64,000 bases of DNA from NCBI GenBank assembly GCA_010093745.1, contig MU005957.1, forward strand, positions 434,001 through 498,000. Direction: 5' to 3'. The notes below the pieces were generated by a model. The model saw nothing but the letters and a program-made list of their open reading frames with translations, did not search any database and was not told where the DNA came from. The first letter of the stretch is position 1; every line of letters starts with the position of its first letter. Below are positions 46,855-59,640 of the stretch, one piece after another. The stretch is from Piedraia hortae CBS 480.64. Lineage: Eukaryota. A program made the translations under genes and the position numbers.

Positions 46855-48906
46855 CTATCTTTGCTCAAACGCATTGCCCTGCACAATTGACCCGCCCGCA
46901 TCGCCCAGACCCTCAACAGGTCTGTTGTAGGACCAGCCTGCAAACTGTTGCTGCATCGTCTGGCTCAGCATCGGGCCATCTACATAACTGTCCGTCGGTG
47001 CCTCGCTCGTAAACTCCTTGTCAAAGTTCTTGGTATCTAGCTCGTCCTGCACGTTGGGCTTGAAGCCAGGCTCGTACTTGCGGTCCAGCAACTTTCGCCA
47101 GTCAATCGAGTGGAAGAAAGGATGGGCTTTGATTTCGCTTGCTCCATTCGTTCCTAGACGTGCACTGGGATTGCGATCCAACAGCCGCGTGAGGAGATCC
47201 CGTGCTGATGGCGGGACAATTTCCGAACTAGGAAAGCGCAGCGGCTCCGACAGAATTTTGCGGTACATTTCATTGGTGTTTTCGTCGTAAAATCTGTGCT
47301 CATGTTAGCAGAGTTCCAAGGCAAATGCGTCCAATTCGTTGGGAGGGGGTTGGGGGGGGGGGGGAGGGGGGGGGAGAGAAAACTTACGGTGGGAGGCCCG
47401 TCAGCATTTCATACACCAACACGCCCAGTGTCCACCAATCAACGGCCTTTGTGTATCCCTGGCCATGCAGAAGCTCCGGCGCTAGATACTCGGGCGTGCC
47501 ACAAAACGTGTTGGTCTTGTCCTCGTCCTTCATGTCCAGCTTGCAGAGACCAAAGTCGCACAGGGCAATGTGGCCGACATAATCTAGCAGGATATTCTCA
47601 GGCTTCAGGTCGCGGTAAATGACGCCAAAGCCATGTAGACACTCAAGCGCACATAGTAGTTCGGCGGCGTAGAAACGTGAGCGGTTAATGTCGAAACGCT
47701 GCTCCTTTTGCAGGTGATGGAACAGCTCACCGCCGTTAACAAAGGCCAGCACGAGGTAAAGCTTTTCAGGGCTCTGAAAGGAGAACTTTAGGGGGACAAT
47801 GAAGGGATTGTTGATCTGCGCGAGCACCGAACGCTCGGCCAGCGTATGGGCGACTTCGGAGCGCGAGATGATGTGCTGTTTACGCAACGTCTTGAGAGCG
47901 TAGATGCGCTGCGTGTCCTTTTTCTTCACTTGCATCACCTTTCCAAAGCTGCCTTTGCCAACCACCTTGAGCAGGTCGAAATCTTCAATCTTGAGCGACC
48001 GCTGCCGGTTCTCCACAAACCGAACGCCCACCTTAATTGTGCCTGTACCATACTGCACGTCATAGTTGTGCACGCCCGACTGTCTGCCGTCCTTTTCATC
48101 ACTCGGATCCTCGCTGAAGCGCGGCGACAGCTTGACGGTGCCGATGAAGATGTCGTGCTGCCGCCCAGTATTTTGCGGCGCCGACGGATTGCGCACATAA
48201 AGTGAAATGTGCACTTCGGTCGATCGGCTGACGTCGAACTTGTACTGTGTGCTGTCGCCTGCCCACACTGGGTTCTCCGGTGAGCCCGACACGGCATTGA
48301 CAAAGATCTGCTGCTTATCAAAGTCTACCAGCGCGTACGGCAAATACTTTGAGCTGTATCTTCCGTGGGTCGACGGTACACTATTAATCGAACCGCCGGC
48401 CGCGGACCCCGGCCGGTATGACTGCTGCGACTGCTGCGAGCCTGGCCTTGCGCTGTTGCCAGAGTAGCCACCGCCCATGAAGCTGCCCGTGCTCATGCTG
48501 GTGCCGTGGCCAGGCCGTTGCTGGAACGCAGCGGCCGCTGAAGCCGGAAGGCTGAAGCCGCGTCCTTCGTGCAGTGTCAGGACCAGAATGCCTGGCTTGG
48601 TCGGGGCAACTGGTGGCGATACCAGTGCTTCAGACGCTGCAATATTTTGTGCATCCGCGCCATTGCTAGAGGATGTGGTGGTGGTGGAGGGATTAGGGAC
48701 CGGGGCGGCGGGCGGCGTCGCCGCTCCCGACGGTGTCGGCGTGGACGGGCTTTTGGCGGGCGCATCAGTGATGGTTGACTGCGACGACGACCGCGAGAAG
48801 GTGTTGGCCAGCGGCGCGAGGTGCGTTTCCTTGAGCTCTACGTCGCTGTCAGTCCCATCAACTGTCATCGCCTGCGTGACATACTCTTTGTCAGCTTCCA
48901 CGACAT
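46855..48906 (-). CDS. YPK1: AGC Ser/Thr kinase Ypk1/Gad8 (2 introns)
   Basis: MSWKLTK | intron | KLKETHLAP; GKGSFGKV, YRDLKPEN, DFG, TFCGTPEYLAPE; intron 47294-47387; hydrophobic motif FAGWSY. Confidence 0.96.
47341..47375. repeat. G-run tract (C-rich on transcript) inside the YPK1 intron
   Basis: gggagggggttggggggggggggg aggggggggga seen directly. Confidence 0.85.
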
Positions 48907-50068
48907 GTTGGGTGGTCTATAGGCTAGTAGGGCGAGTAAGGCTACAAAGGATGGAAAAGGATGGACTGCCAACCACCGCCGCGATTGCGTCACGTCCAAC
49001 CAAGAGAGCGTTCGGTGCTTGCTGGCTGGTCTGGCGGCCTCCTGTCGCTGGGGACTTGGGGGTCAATCGGGGCGGTGGGGCTGTGGGGCTGCAGACAGCA
49101 CCGGAGTTTTGCCGGCGCATATGCTCAGATGTCTGATTAGATCATCAGATAATATTACAACCCGCATAGGTATTCGTTTGATCATGCATGTGGCAGCCAC
49201 ATGCTGGCCATTTCACTTTCCGCACGAGGGCCATCTTCCTGGTAGAGTCAGCATGAGTGGAGGAAAGCGGCAGGAACATGGGCGATCAAGAGCCGGAGAC
49301 AATCCCATTCATTGCCGAAGCATGTTTCTTGCTGCCCAAGTTTCCGACGACTTTTACTAACTGACGAAATCATGAGCGAACATGAGTTGAGTGCAGCCAG
49401 GGTCACAGTGCTACATCTTTCCATGAAGACTACAAACTTAATTTCTGCATTGCTAGATGTATCATTGAATCGGTGAAAATTGATCGTTCGATATCGGCAG
49501 TGTGTGTGATTCCTGGGATAGCTAAATGGACCCCGCATTATGGCACGACCCGGACCGCACTCGTCGTGACGACGTCCTGTGACGTGACCATGCCAAAGGG
49601 GAATAACTCTCATTGAGGTAAAAACCCTGGGAAGTCCAGTGCCCTATCTACCTCAGGTAGGCGTCTGACAATTGATGACTTCATCCCAAAAATGGGTGGT
49701 CGCTCCTTTTTCATTCAAACTAGGCAGTCGTCATCACTACCCATAAAAGGAAGTCTCTCCTCCCACGAGCAGTGCTCTCAAGACAGATCAGCGACACATT
49801 TCCTTTCTCACACCAGAACAAAGCATCCGGCATCCGCCGTACCGTTCGTTGCTATAGGTATCATAATTATGGCTCAGCAAGCACCCTATCCGGCGAACGC
49901 CCTCCACGGACTGCGTGAGGCAGATGTTGTTATATGACGGGGCCAATGGGATTGGAACTAGATGGAGTGGGACTTGTGGGAGAAGATTCTTGTGAGGGCC
50001 GCGCAACTGGTCTCGACGCCGTTGCCAGGGTGTACGTCACTTGAGGGATATGGCTGCTGTGGCGTAGC

Positions 50069-50996
50069 TTACTTGGTGCAGCTGCTGCAGATGCCATCAC
50101 GGTGGTGTCGGGGAGCGCTACGTTGGTCGAGCGAAAGATGCGAGCGGCCACCGTGATCCTCGGGATTGCCGCCGTCCTTGCGAGCCTGGCCTTCGATTTT
50201 CTCCAAGAGATAGAGAAGGCCTCAGTACAGGCCCATCGGGATGAGCCATTCGTGTCGGTGGAGCCCCGAGAGCTCATACTCGGCGACATCTTGATGGAGG
50301 CGGGCCACCAAGTGCGGGCGAACGGCGAGGTGGTATGCTCCTTGGCCAAGGTCGATCCTTTTGCTTCTAAGGAGGTAGCAAGGCTGCAGCCGGCGCAAAC
50401 CACGGGCTGGTCCTCCAGGTGCCTTCCGACTTGGGATGAGGATGAAGATGTGGCGACTTGCTTGGAATTGTCGCAGCCGAACCAGAAGCGAGTAGGCTTG
50501 CTGGTCACCAAGTGCGTGCGTGGTCGAGCCTGGATCCAAGTTTTGCACTCGGTCGCCTACTCACGAATTGGGTTGCTGAAGTGGAAGTGCCGCTGGTGGA
50601 GTTACGCTGGTGTTCTGGGCCTTCATGGTCCTTCTGAGCTGTGCAAGCTTCCCATTGAACATTTGTCTCGCGGTCGTCAGGTTACAGTGAAGTATGGGCC
50701 CCAGGTCTTGCTTCTCACTGCGGCCAAACTCCACATCGACTCCGCTGCTGGCCATGTTTCTCGCCGCAGCGAGCAAGTTCTCCACAAGGGCTGCTGGTCA
50801 CGGCACTCGCCGCAGCCATTTTGCTCACCTTCCCCTTCTTAACCTCCACGGCTCGCGGTCGGTGTTCCACACCGAGCATCGGACCTATGGCATGTCGGCA
50901 AACTCGTATCACCACAGTCATTCGTGCCGCCAACCTTGCCAAGAGCTGAGCCATTGGCAACAATGCACAGCATCCGGGTTTCTTTAGGCACTTCAC
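50069..50996 (-). pseudogene. Possible degraded gene of unknown family
   Basis: Consecutive minus-strand peptide fragments (50715-50996, 50561-50785, 50222-50548, continuing past a TGA as GLLYLLEKIEG...) with no intact frame. Confidence 0.25.
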
Positions 50997-51342
50997 CAGG
51001 CTATGACATAAACCTCGCTGGGATTATGATTGCTGCGGGCTTCTGGAAGACATCCTGCTGGGCAGGATATCTGGATGTGAAGAACGGGTGAATAACTATT
51101 TGTAGCCAGTCATGCAGACGTTTTAACGATCAAGAACCACGGCCAACGCCTTAAAACTCGTTGCGGTCATTACGCCTCTTCAACCTCTCCCGGCGGGTGT
51201 TCTTTGCTTCGACCTTTCCGTAATTTTCTCTATTTTTGCCTTTGTCGTTCTCCACCGCTACGGTCTCTTTGCGCTTCTTCTTCTCCTTGGCCTCCTCTTG
51301 CGACCGCGCGCCGTTTCGTGCGAGATGACGGCACGCGCCATC

Positions 51343-52267
51343 CTAGTCTCGCTTCCCAGCATTGTAACCGTAGCCATTGTACCCGTTGGCGAACCCGTAG
51401 CCCCCAAGCCCTCCACGTTCCATGCCGCCGAGCCTGTCTTTACCATGGCTGCGTAACCGCCGCGGCAGCTCCACGCCTCTAAAGTAGGCCAGACAGATGG
51501 CTGCCGATGCCCCGGCAGATATAAGGCAGTAGACCAGCGTGCTGAATGTCAAATGGCCACCGACGCCCGTCCAGCCGCTCGGTAGGTTCGTGTTGGGATA
51601 CCAGCGCACGCTGAAGCGCAGAGGTAGGCTGTCGCCAATGACAATCCGCGTTGGTGGGTCACGCGCGATGCTGTAGGCAGTCGCGGCCGCAATGGTTCCG
51701 GGTGCGATGCGCTTCGGTACGGCGTGGACGAGGACATTGAGGCTGGTGCTAACGTGCACATGGCTGAGCTGCAGCACTCCGGCCAGGGCCACTATCATGG
51801 GCGTGTAGACTTCGCTCAGGCTGCCTTGGCCATCTGTGTGGTCGGTGGCTCCCTTTTCGAACTCATCCTTTAGCGCCGACGGGGGCAGCGGTTTTGTTGG
51901 AATGCGACAGGTCAATGGCGCATCGTTGTGGACGTAAAACTCCAGTAGATGAAAGAAGGCGTCGTCTATGAAGTCGATGGTGCAGTTGATGTCTTTTTCC
52001 ACGCCAAACAGCAGCTCCAGCGGGCGGCCAGTTTCGTTGCAGGTGGGAAAGGGGATGTATGTCAGTTGGCCCGAGGCGTCGGTTATGTGTTCTCCCGTGT
52101 CGCTGCAGCCGTCAGTCATGCATCGTGCGGCCGCAGGAACGCCGGTACCTGGTCCTGTTTAAGCAGCTGACGGGAATCGGCAGTCCGACTTTGTACCCGG
52201 GCTGCTCAGCCGATATTGCGAGCGTCGTTGTTGTAAATAATGTAAGCAATAAAACAAGAGCCATCAT
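51343..52267 (-). CDS. Conserved fungal type I membrane protein of unknown function (1 intron)
   Basis: Signal peptide MMALVLLLTLF; PIPVSCLNRT | intron | DTGEHI...YIPFPTCNETGRPL...FHLLEFYVHNDAPLTCRIP; C-terminal TM and Gly-rich tail. Confidence 0.85.
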
Positions 52268-52703
52268 GGTTGCAAGAGACGGTGATGAGCAGAGCAAGGT
52301 CCTGTTACAATACTAAGCGAATGGGCATTCCCTTGCCTCTGTGGGCAAGAGGACGGAGGGAAGAACGACTGGTGAAGCAACGTTAAAGAAACGGCCATTT
52401 GTTAATTTTGGCGTCATCCTAAATTTACAGAATCATCCCGGCCCAACATTCCAGCTGATGGTCCGCGTCTGTCCGATGGAGTGGCATAGTGTTGTGTTAT
52501 TTACGTCCTAAGCTATCACCGTCGTTCAAACGCAATTCCTATTTGAGATTGTTCAGCTCGCTTCAACACCCAAGCGGGTTTGGTGGTGGTGCTATTCGCT
52601 CGACTCCAGCGGGCGCTAACGGAAGTGCAAGCACAACGGTTGTAACTTCCATTTTTGGCCAATCAAGAAGCTGCAAGTCAACAACTCACCAGGAAACGTT
52701 CTA

Positions 52704-53300
52704 ATGGCCTCCCGGGCGCTGTATATTCAACGCCTTGCTCTCCCTCGTTGCGTTCTTCAATCTCCACGTCTCCAAACTGGCCTATTTCACCATGGTTTTT
52801 TAAGATATAACTCCACCACAAGCGAAGCAACTCCCATATTCCAGGCCATCCGAACAGATCTCAAGTCTGCGATGAAAGCCAAGAACTCCGTCCAGCTCGG
52901 GGTCCTTCGATCTCTTCTCTCAGAAATCAACAACTCCCATCATGGGCCGAACCCTATTACCACCCATGCTCAAGTGCTTCGGATGCTGCAGAAGAAGATC
53001 ACCGCAGCACAAGAAGCGCGCGAAGAGTTTGTCCAAGCCGGCAGGAAAGACCTGCAGGCCAAGGAAGAAGAACAAATCGCAATTTTGAAATCCTACGTGG
53101 ATACTTACCGAGGAGAGGAGGTGAACTGGGACGATCTGAAGAAGATCGTAACGAGTCTCGTGAAAGAAGTGAAAGAGCTGGACAGCAAAGGGGCGAGCAT
53201 GGGTGAGGTGCTGAAACGTCTGATGAAGAAGGTCGAGGGGTCGGATGTGGATAGAGGACAGCTTGCAAAGCTGGTCAAGGAGCTTTGGCCGGGGAAATAG
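52704..53300 (+). CDS. AIM41: Mitochondrial YqeY/GatB-like protein (Aim41)
   Basis: Presequence, IRTDLKSAMKAK...LRSLLSEI, EFVQAGRKDL..KEEEQIAILKSY, MGEVLK. Confidence 0.88.
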   Translation: MASRALYIQRLALPRCVLQSPRLQTGLFHHGFLRYNSTTSEATPIFQAIRTDLKSAMKAKNSVQLGVLRSLLSEINNSHHGPNPITTHAQVLRMLQKKITAAQEAREEFVQAGRKDLQAKEEEQIAILKSYVDTYRGEEVNWDDLKKIVTSLVKEVKELDSKGASMGEVLKRLMKKVEGSDVDRGQLAKLVKELWPGK

Positions 53301-53353
53301 GCACTCATTCGGGCTGCTCCAGTGTATACATTACCTGTACGATAAAGTGCGTT

Positions 53354-53938
53354 CTACTCCTCCTTGCCCTTTCCCTCGAGCATCGCACTCAGCCTCGCAA
53401 ACATGTCAATCGCCATGACGATGGCTATATCCATTAGCCAAATAATTCCAAGGGCAGGAAGCTGACAACTCACGTAGAACAAGATAAGGAAGATACAACG
53501 CCACCAACGCAGCTGTACTCCCCTTAAAATCCTCCCATGCGAGCATATCCACCATGCACGTCGCCGTCGTGATGGTAGTCTGCACCGCATAAACCAACAA
53601 ATGAAGGTAAAACCGTCCGCTGTTTCTCCGACTCCAGAGCTGGGTAACAGCCCAACAGCTCAGCGGGAGATGGTAGACGAGCTCGAAGAGCGTGAAGACT
53701 TTAAACCAGAACGGCGGCGTGATGAAGAACCGATCCGCATATCGCGCAACGTACCACTCCCGCAGCTGGACTAAAGCGGTAGGACTGAAGCGTCCGTATA
53801 GTGGTGCGATGTCCACCACTTTTATCATCGTACAGTAAGTACCATGGGATGTGTAACCAGGGGGTGGAACATACGCAGTATAATCGGGATGTGGATGAGA
53901 AAATAGACGAGGTAGAGTGTATCCAGCTTCCGAGCCAT
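53354..53938 (-). CDS. EXPERA-domain (TMEM97/DUF2781) membrane protein (2 introns)
   Basis: LDTLYLVYFLIHIPIIL | VDIAPLY...WY...YADRFFITPPFWFKVF..FELVYHLP...LYLPYLVL | IVMAIDM. Confidence 0.85.
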
Positions 53939-54015
53939 GGTTGTTCGTGGGAAGAAAAAGGGAAACGGGGAACAAGACACATTGCGAAGCGACGACGATC
54001 CTAGTACTACCCAGG

Positions 54016-56481
54016 CTACACTTCTTTGCAGAACCTCTCCCAAACTCCAAGATCAGTGACATTCGGTGCCAAGCGACCAATTTCCTGAAGCTTGATATCA
54101 GCTCTGATACTGCCGTACGAATCCTCCATCAGCAGTTCGCTGTCAACAAGCTCGTCCCACGCTTTCTTCGCGACCTCACGTTTGGACACACGTGCAGTGG
54201 CCCCGGCGTTTGCGCCCTCTTGCAGCTTCGCCCTTAAAGCGAGGGACTTGTATTCCTCGTACGCAATGTCAAATTTGAAAACGATCATGCCGCGGATGGC
54301 GGTCAGACGCGCGGCAGAGATGAGCAGTGCCATTTGGAGGGTTGACAAGGACGACAGGAGCGTGAGCTTCGAGTCCGGGATTAATTTTTTCCGCGGCTGG
54401 AAGGAGGCCAGGATCGTCTCTGCAAGTTCGTCGCTCCGCTGCGCTTTGGTCGTGTCCATCTGGCTGATCGGCACAAACATGGCCGACATGAACTCGGGCA
54501 CGAACTTGGTGGTGAAATAAATTCTGCGCACCATTTGCTTGTAGCGGATGTCAGCGTACATCTTGTCGAGCACCTTGTCCCATTTCTCCTTTCGCTCCAC
54601 TTCGAGCGCGCTGTCGCACATTGTCTGAAATACAGCAAGGCACTTGGCAAGTCCAAAGTGCACGATGCGGTGGCTGAAGCGGCTTTTGACACGTTTCTCG
54701 AGCATTTCTACAATGTCGATCCGAGTGGTACAGCCGAGCACGGCAATCGGGGCTTTGCGGCTCTGAGCAATGTCAAAGAGGTTATACAGGAGCGTCTGGC
54801 GTGGGTGAGCTGCGAAGAGATCAAATTCATCTATGATGAAAATAATGCTCTTGGTGATCTGACCCGGCTTCTCTTCGAGGCCTTGCTCGGTTCTATGGGA
54901 CAGTAGAGCCAACAGAGTAGTCAGCGCGTCGGCATAGTTCTGCGGCTGCACTGTATCCAGCGACATTTCTTCGCCCAACTGCCGCCAGATTTCACGCAGC
55001 GCGAGCTTGTCATCCGTCTGCACGAAGCCGTTAAGGCGGATCGTGTAGAAATCCTTGGCGGAAAATTGGCGGAGGATGCTGTTGATGGTGGCAGTCTTGC
55101 CGCTGCCCCGAGACCCGACGAGGAGCATGCTGTTGCTTTCGCCATGTTTGATGGTATTCTGGAGGAGTTGCTCCACTTTGACGTGTTCCTCCTCCAGGCC
55201 GATGAGATACATCGGGGCCTGGCCAGTCAGCTTTGCGAGGATAAAAGAGCGGATGAAGGCGAGTTCGTCAGGCTCCAAGATCGGTAGAGGACCGCACGAG
55301 TCGGGTTCGACCGATCCCACCGTTGGTGGGCGATCCGGACTGGGCGTCTTTTTCTGCAGCTCGCCCTCCAGGCTAGGTTCGCTTTCAATGCTCTTCGGCT
55401 TATTGGACGCGCTTCCCCTGGCACTCTGACGAAGCTCTGCGTCTAGCTTCCTCTCGAGACTCTTCCTTGGTTTCGCCTTAGATGCGACCTGCTTGGTCCC
55501 CACCTCCTTAGCTGCCTCTTGCCGTGCCTTTTCTTCCAACTCCTTAATCTCATCTTCGAACGTCTTGATGGGCTTCGTAGAAAAAACGTACCCACGTCTC
55601 ACATGTCTACGCGTATCTTTCTGAGCGGTCCGGGTTGTGTCAGGCTCAGCTGCGGCAGACTTCGCAGCAGAATGCTCGACTTTGGCCACATGTTTGGCTC
55701 CAGCCTCATCTGCCATCTTTCCCGTCTGCTTAATCACGTCCTTCATGGAAAAGATGGCACCGTCCGTCGTCCCCTGCCTCTTCTTGGCACTAGTCACTGC
55801 TGTGGGCTGCGACTTTCTTGGCTTGACAAGCCTCCCCTTGAGGGCGCTCTTCCGGGCGTTGCCCGCGTACGCGTTGTCCTTGTCCTCCGAGGGAGAATTG
55901 TTGTCGTCGGTGTCGGTGCCATGATAGGCGCTGGAGCTCTCCTTTGACGCGCTTTCACTCGTCACATCCCTTCCCTTTCTCTTTCTCTTGGCCGCGCGCT
56001 GTGTGACTCTTCCACTGCCCTCAGCAGCCCCTTCGCGGCGCGCAGCTTCCACCACTTCCCGCATCTGCTCCTCAATAGTCTTTGCGCCGCTGGGGCGCGC
56101 ATCGCGATTGCTGGCTCTACGACTACCCCGCTTCGGGGCCGAAGTCGCGCCATTCCGCGTCGCGTTGCCCGCCTTGGGGTTGGTAGTCTTGGGCGCCGAA
56201 GCCGTGGGCGCATTAGTTGGCGCACCGGTAGGCACATTGGTGCGCGCATAATGCGTCGCATTTTCAGCATCGTCCTTCAAGGGATCCTCGACATCGGAGC
56301 TCTTGGCCGGGGCACAGAACTTCTTGAAGAAGCCCTTGTTCTTGATAGGCAACGGCCTGGACGAGTCGGAAGCGCTCACAGATACGGCGGAGCCAGCGCG
56401 GTCCGGCGTGTCGGTCGCCAGCAGCTCATTCTCGCTGTCGCTGTCAATCAACACACGGCGTTTCTTGGACAGGTGTGACAT
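54016..56481 (-). CDS. ORC4: Origin recognition complex subunit 4
   Basis: GESNSMLLVGSRGSGKT, RLNGFVQTDDKLALREIWRQLG, IDEFDLFAAHPRQTLLYNLFD, LEKRVKSRFSHR. Confidence 0.96.
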   Translation of the reverse strand: MSHLSKKRRVLIDSDSENELLATDTPDRAGSAVSVSASDSSRPLPIKNKGFFKKFCAPAKSSDVEDPLKDDAENATHYARTNVPTGAPTNAPTASAPKTTNPKAGNATRNGATSAPKRGSRRASNRDARPSGAKTIEEQMREVVEAARREGAAEGSGRVTQRAAKRKRKGRDVTSESASKESSSAYHGTDTDDNNSPSEDKDNAYAGNARKSALKGRLVKPRKSQPTAVTSAKKRQGTTDGAIFSMKDVIKQTGKMADEAGAKHVAKVEHSAAKSAAAEPDTTRTAQKDTRRHVRRGYVFSTKPIKTFEDEIKELEEKARQEAAKEVGTKQVASKAKPRKSLERKLDAELRQSARGSASNKPKSIESEPSLEGELQKKTPSPDRPPTVGSVEPDSCGPLPILEPDELAFIRSFILAKLTGQAPMYLIGLEEEHVKVEQLLQNTIKHGESNSMLLVGSRGSGKTATINSILRQFSAKDFYTIRLNGFVQTDDKLALREIWRQLGEEMSLDTVQPQNYADALTTLLALLSHRTEQGLEEKPGQITKSIIFIIDEFDLFAAHPRQTLLYNLFDIAQSRKAPIAVLGCTTRIDIVEMLEKRVKSRFSHRIVHFGLAKCLAVFQTMCDSALEVERKEKWDKVLDKMYADIRYKQMVRRIYFTTKFVPEFMSAMFVPISQMDTTKAQRSDELAETILASFQPRKKLIPDSKLTLLSSLSTLQMALLISAARLTAIRGMIVFKFDIAYEEYKSLALRAKLQEGANAGATARVSKREVAKKAWDELVDSELLMEDSYGSIRADIKLQEIGRLAPNVTDLGVWERFCKEV

Positions 56482-56736
56482 GGCGACTTGTCAATGTGTT
56501 GACGGAAGGAGTGCAAGAGAGGAATCAGCCACAGCGACGTCAACGGCGCGTCAAGAACACAGTGACGCACCGAGTCCATGTGGAACAACAAAGGCATTCA
56601 TCCCAGACTCTTTTCCCTTCATCACTGTGCTGTGAAACACGTATCCCCTATTTACCCTATCTGCACAAATCCTATTATGCATTCTTCCCCGCGCTCATAA
56701 GAAATACATGCGTCATTACCGATACATCCCCTCCTC

Positions 56737-57714
56737 TTACGAGCCGTCATCGGGCTTGGTGTTGCCGAACTCGACGTCGCCGCACATTGCGCGCACGAAC
56801 AGGCCGGTGCCAGGCTTCATCGGGTGGTTCGGCCCGGCGTTGTAGAACGCCAATATGCCCTCCCCGCAGTTCAGCGTGCCCTTGTTGGGGTCAACAGGGA
56901 ACTCGAGCACGCAGCGGTGGTTGCGAATGTCCCACGAACTTGCGGCACAAGATTGCGACTCGGCGCAAAGCTGGCAACACTGCGACGCGTCATCCGTCGT
57001 GGCCGTATACGTGGCACCGCCAGCAGGAACGTTGTCGGCATAGTCGATGCCAAAGCCATTGTACGCACTGGTCATGGCTGACGGCGCACAGCGGGCGTCC
57101 ATGGTAACCGTGGAGGTCGGTTTCAAACCGCTGTTTGTTGAGCCACACTGGGCATCTGTGGTAGCCACGGCTGAAGCCATGGCATACGCCTTGCCGTTAT
57201 ATTTTGTTTGAGTAATTGTGGCCATGGTAAATTCGGTGTAGTCGGAATACGTTGAAGTTACACCTGAAACTTGAACGAATGTCTGGGTTTGCCCGTAGTG
57301 AGTTGTTGTAGTGACCGTCACTGTGCAGGCGCGGGCTTCCAATTCCAAAGGAGACCGTCTGTGATTTGTCGGCGCACTAGCATATACCGTTACGCGAGGA
57401 GCTCTGCCGTCACTGTTAGAAGGCCGCACTATGACTGTCGATGAAACCTACAGTTGGGTCTGGGCTGTGCAGTGTATGCTGGTACTGGTGACGGTGCCAA
57501 TTGTGGTTGTGGAACTGATAGTTGTGACATGGGTAAATGTACCCAGATCCTTTGGTGTGGTCTCATGGACGGTGACGACAGGCGTCGACTTGTACGTCGC
57601 TGTAGTGGTTGGAATTACTACTGCCGTGGTGACTGTGGTGCACGCATCCGCGACGTTCTGCGGAAGGGCAGATGCCAACTTGGCCAGAAATGGAACGAGT
57701 GTGATCAACCACAT
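56737..57714 (-). CDS. Secreted Thr-rich protein with C-terminal Cys-rich PAN/apple-like domain
   Basis: Signal peptide MWLITLVPFLAKLASALP; 39-nt intron 57413-57451; DASQCCQLCAESQSCAASSW....CVL. Confidence 0.8.
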
Positions 57715-58402
57715 ACCGAAAAGAAAAGTAGACGAATGGTTCCTCTGAACGATGCTCGTGCTTTTTCTTTGCAGCGTTGGCCCCAATTTGTAGGTTGCCG
57801 TTCCGAGATTAATGATGAAACACGTAGATTAAGGGCTTCAAGAAGAAAGTAACAGAAAACGGTAGAGAAGGTAATGTGGTGGGTGAAAGACGAAGGAGAA
57901 AATAAACCTGGGATTCCTTGCCGTTTTATGTCCTTGGCATTCGAGGTGTCTGCACAACGCATTTTCGCCCGTTGATCGGCCGTTCTCGGGGGAGCATGCA
58001 GCAGTGCCTCGTGGGCTTTGACGTCCATCCACTCGGATGTCATCTGCGTTCCATATTTGGCAACAGTGACGTTGTCAATCATCTGCGAGAATCCCCGGTG
58101 TCACTCCATGTTCGTTACCGATTGGTTCGAGTCTTGAAGTCCAGGCACAGGAGAAGCTAAGCAACCCCCCTCACCCCCCCCCCCCAAAAGTTCACCATTC
58201 CACTTTTAGCTGTCGAAAACCTTACCAAGCAATAGCCAAAGGCTCAGGGATCATTTGCGCATATTTACTTTGTAACTTGAACGTTGCAATGGTTGAACCA
58301 GAAGTTTACTATGATTCTTCCACTACCCTATACTCCGCCTTATACCTGCACGTCATCGTATTCCAAAAGCTACGTACATTAACAACTCCTCAAGATAGCA
58401 AC

Positions 58403-59551
58403 TTACTCAAACTTTGCAAAAGCCAACTCATATGCCAAGCCCAACGTCAGTCGTGCATGCTGCAGCATATGATTAAAATCCAAGTAGTCGATCGTATCTT
58501 GCGTCGTGTGGATCTTCTTGTCCGAGTACTTGAAGTCCGACTCGATGACGAAAGCGCTAGGGTAGCCTGCCTTGCTGGCCGAGGCGTGATCAGAACAGGC
58601 GTAGCCACACTTTGTTTCTACGTAGGGGATGGTGCAGTATGCATCGACAACCTTCTTGATGAATGTCGTCAGCCCAGCATCGACAAAGTCGGTAATCACC
58701 CCGACAGACTCCTTCTCTCCCGCTGCTTTAGTGCCATGAGAATAGCCCGTCATGTCTTGCTGAAGCATGGCCGTCACGTTACGCCCTTGCTTTCGATATG
58801 CCTGGAAGATAGCCTGGCTGCCCAGGAGGCCGCCTTCTTCTGCAGAATACCAGTGAAACTCGACCGTATTCTCAGCTTTGCCATGCAAGATATCCTTATC
58901 CATCAGCAACACCCGCAGGGCTTCGAGGATAGTCACTGTGCCTGAGCCATCATCGTCAGCACCAGGCGCAGCCAAAATGGACGGCAGAAAGAGGTTAATG
59001 CTATCTTGATGCGCTCCTATGATAACCGTCTTATCGCTTTTGCCTGGCAAAGTCGCAATGATTGAATTCTGGCCCCAGGAATGTGGGAAATGTGCCACAA
59101 CACCAGCCCCAGCTTTCACAATGGTCTTGTTGACTTCATTAAGCAGCCACTCGGACGATTTCCGGCCATAATCACTCCTGTAGTACCTCGTATGGAAGCT
59201 AGTAAACGCTTCAAGGTGAGTCCTCATGTTCTTCTTGCTCAATTCCTTGAGCAGAGGCTCAACGGTGGAATTATGAGCCATCTTCTCGGGGTACGTTATC
59301 GAGTGCTCGTTCAGCTTCCCATAATCTCCTCGTGGAGCGTCTGTAATATCGAAAAAGCGAATGCCTTGGCGCCTAGATGCCCATTTCTCCTCCTCGGTAA
59401 CCCATTGCGTGTCATCGGGACCGAATTCGAGGAGGAATGTCTCTCGAGGGAGCACCTTGTGCTCAAGACTAGACACCACCGAGCGAAATGTGGATGGAAT
59501 CAACAACGCAGACGCCTGTCCCAAGGCCAACAGTACCAAAGTAGCTTTCAT
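58403..59551 (-). CDS. LAP1: Secreted leucine aminopeptidase (peptidase M28)
   Basis: Signal peptide, [62 protein letters not shown]. Confidence 0.95.
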   Translation of the reverse strand: MKATLVLLALGQASALLIPSTFRSVVSSLEHKVLPRETFLLEFGPDDTQWVTEEEKWASRRQGIRFFDITDAPRGDYGKLNEHSITYPEKMAHNSTVEPLLKELSKKNMRTHLEAFTSFHTRYYRSDYGRKSSEWLLNEVNKTIVKAGAGVVAHFPHSWGQNSIIATLPGKSDKTVIIGAHQDSINLFLPSILAAPGADDDGSGTVTILEALRVLLMDKDILHGKAENTVEFHWYSAEEGGLLGSQAIFQAYRKQGRNVTAMLQQDMTGYSHGTKAAGEKESVGVITDFVDAGLTTFIKKVVDAYCTIPYVETKCGYACSDHASASKAGYPSAFVIESDFKYSDKKIHTTQDTIDYLDFNHMLQHARLTLGLAYELAFAKFE

Positions 59552-59640
59552 TTTGACGTCAATTGGATGGTTACGTCAACCTGCGGGCAGAGAGTCTGGG
59601 GAACCCGTGACAGCGACGTCACTGGTGAAGGATGGCGTCG

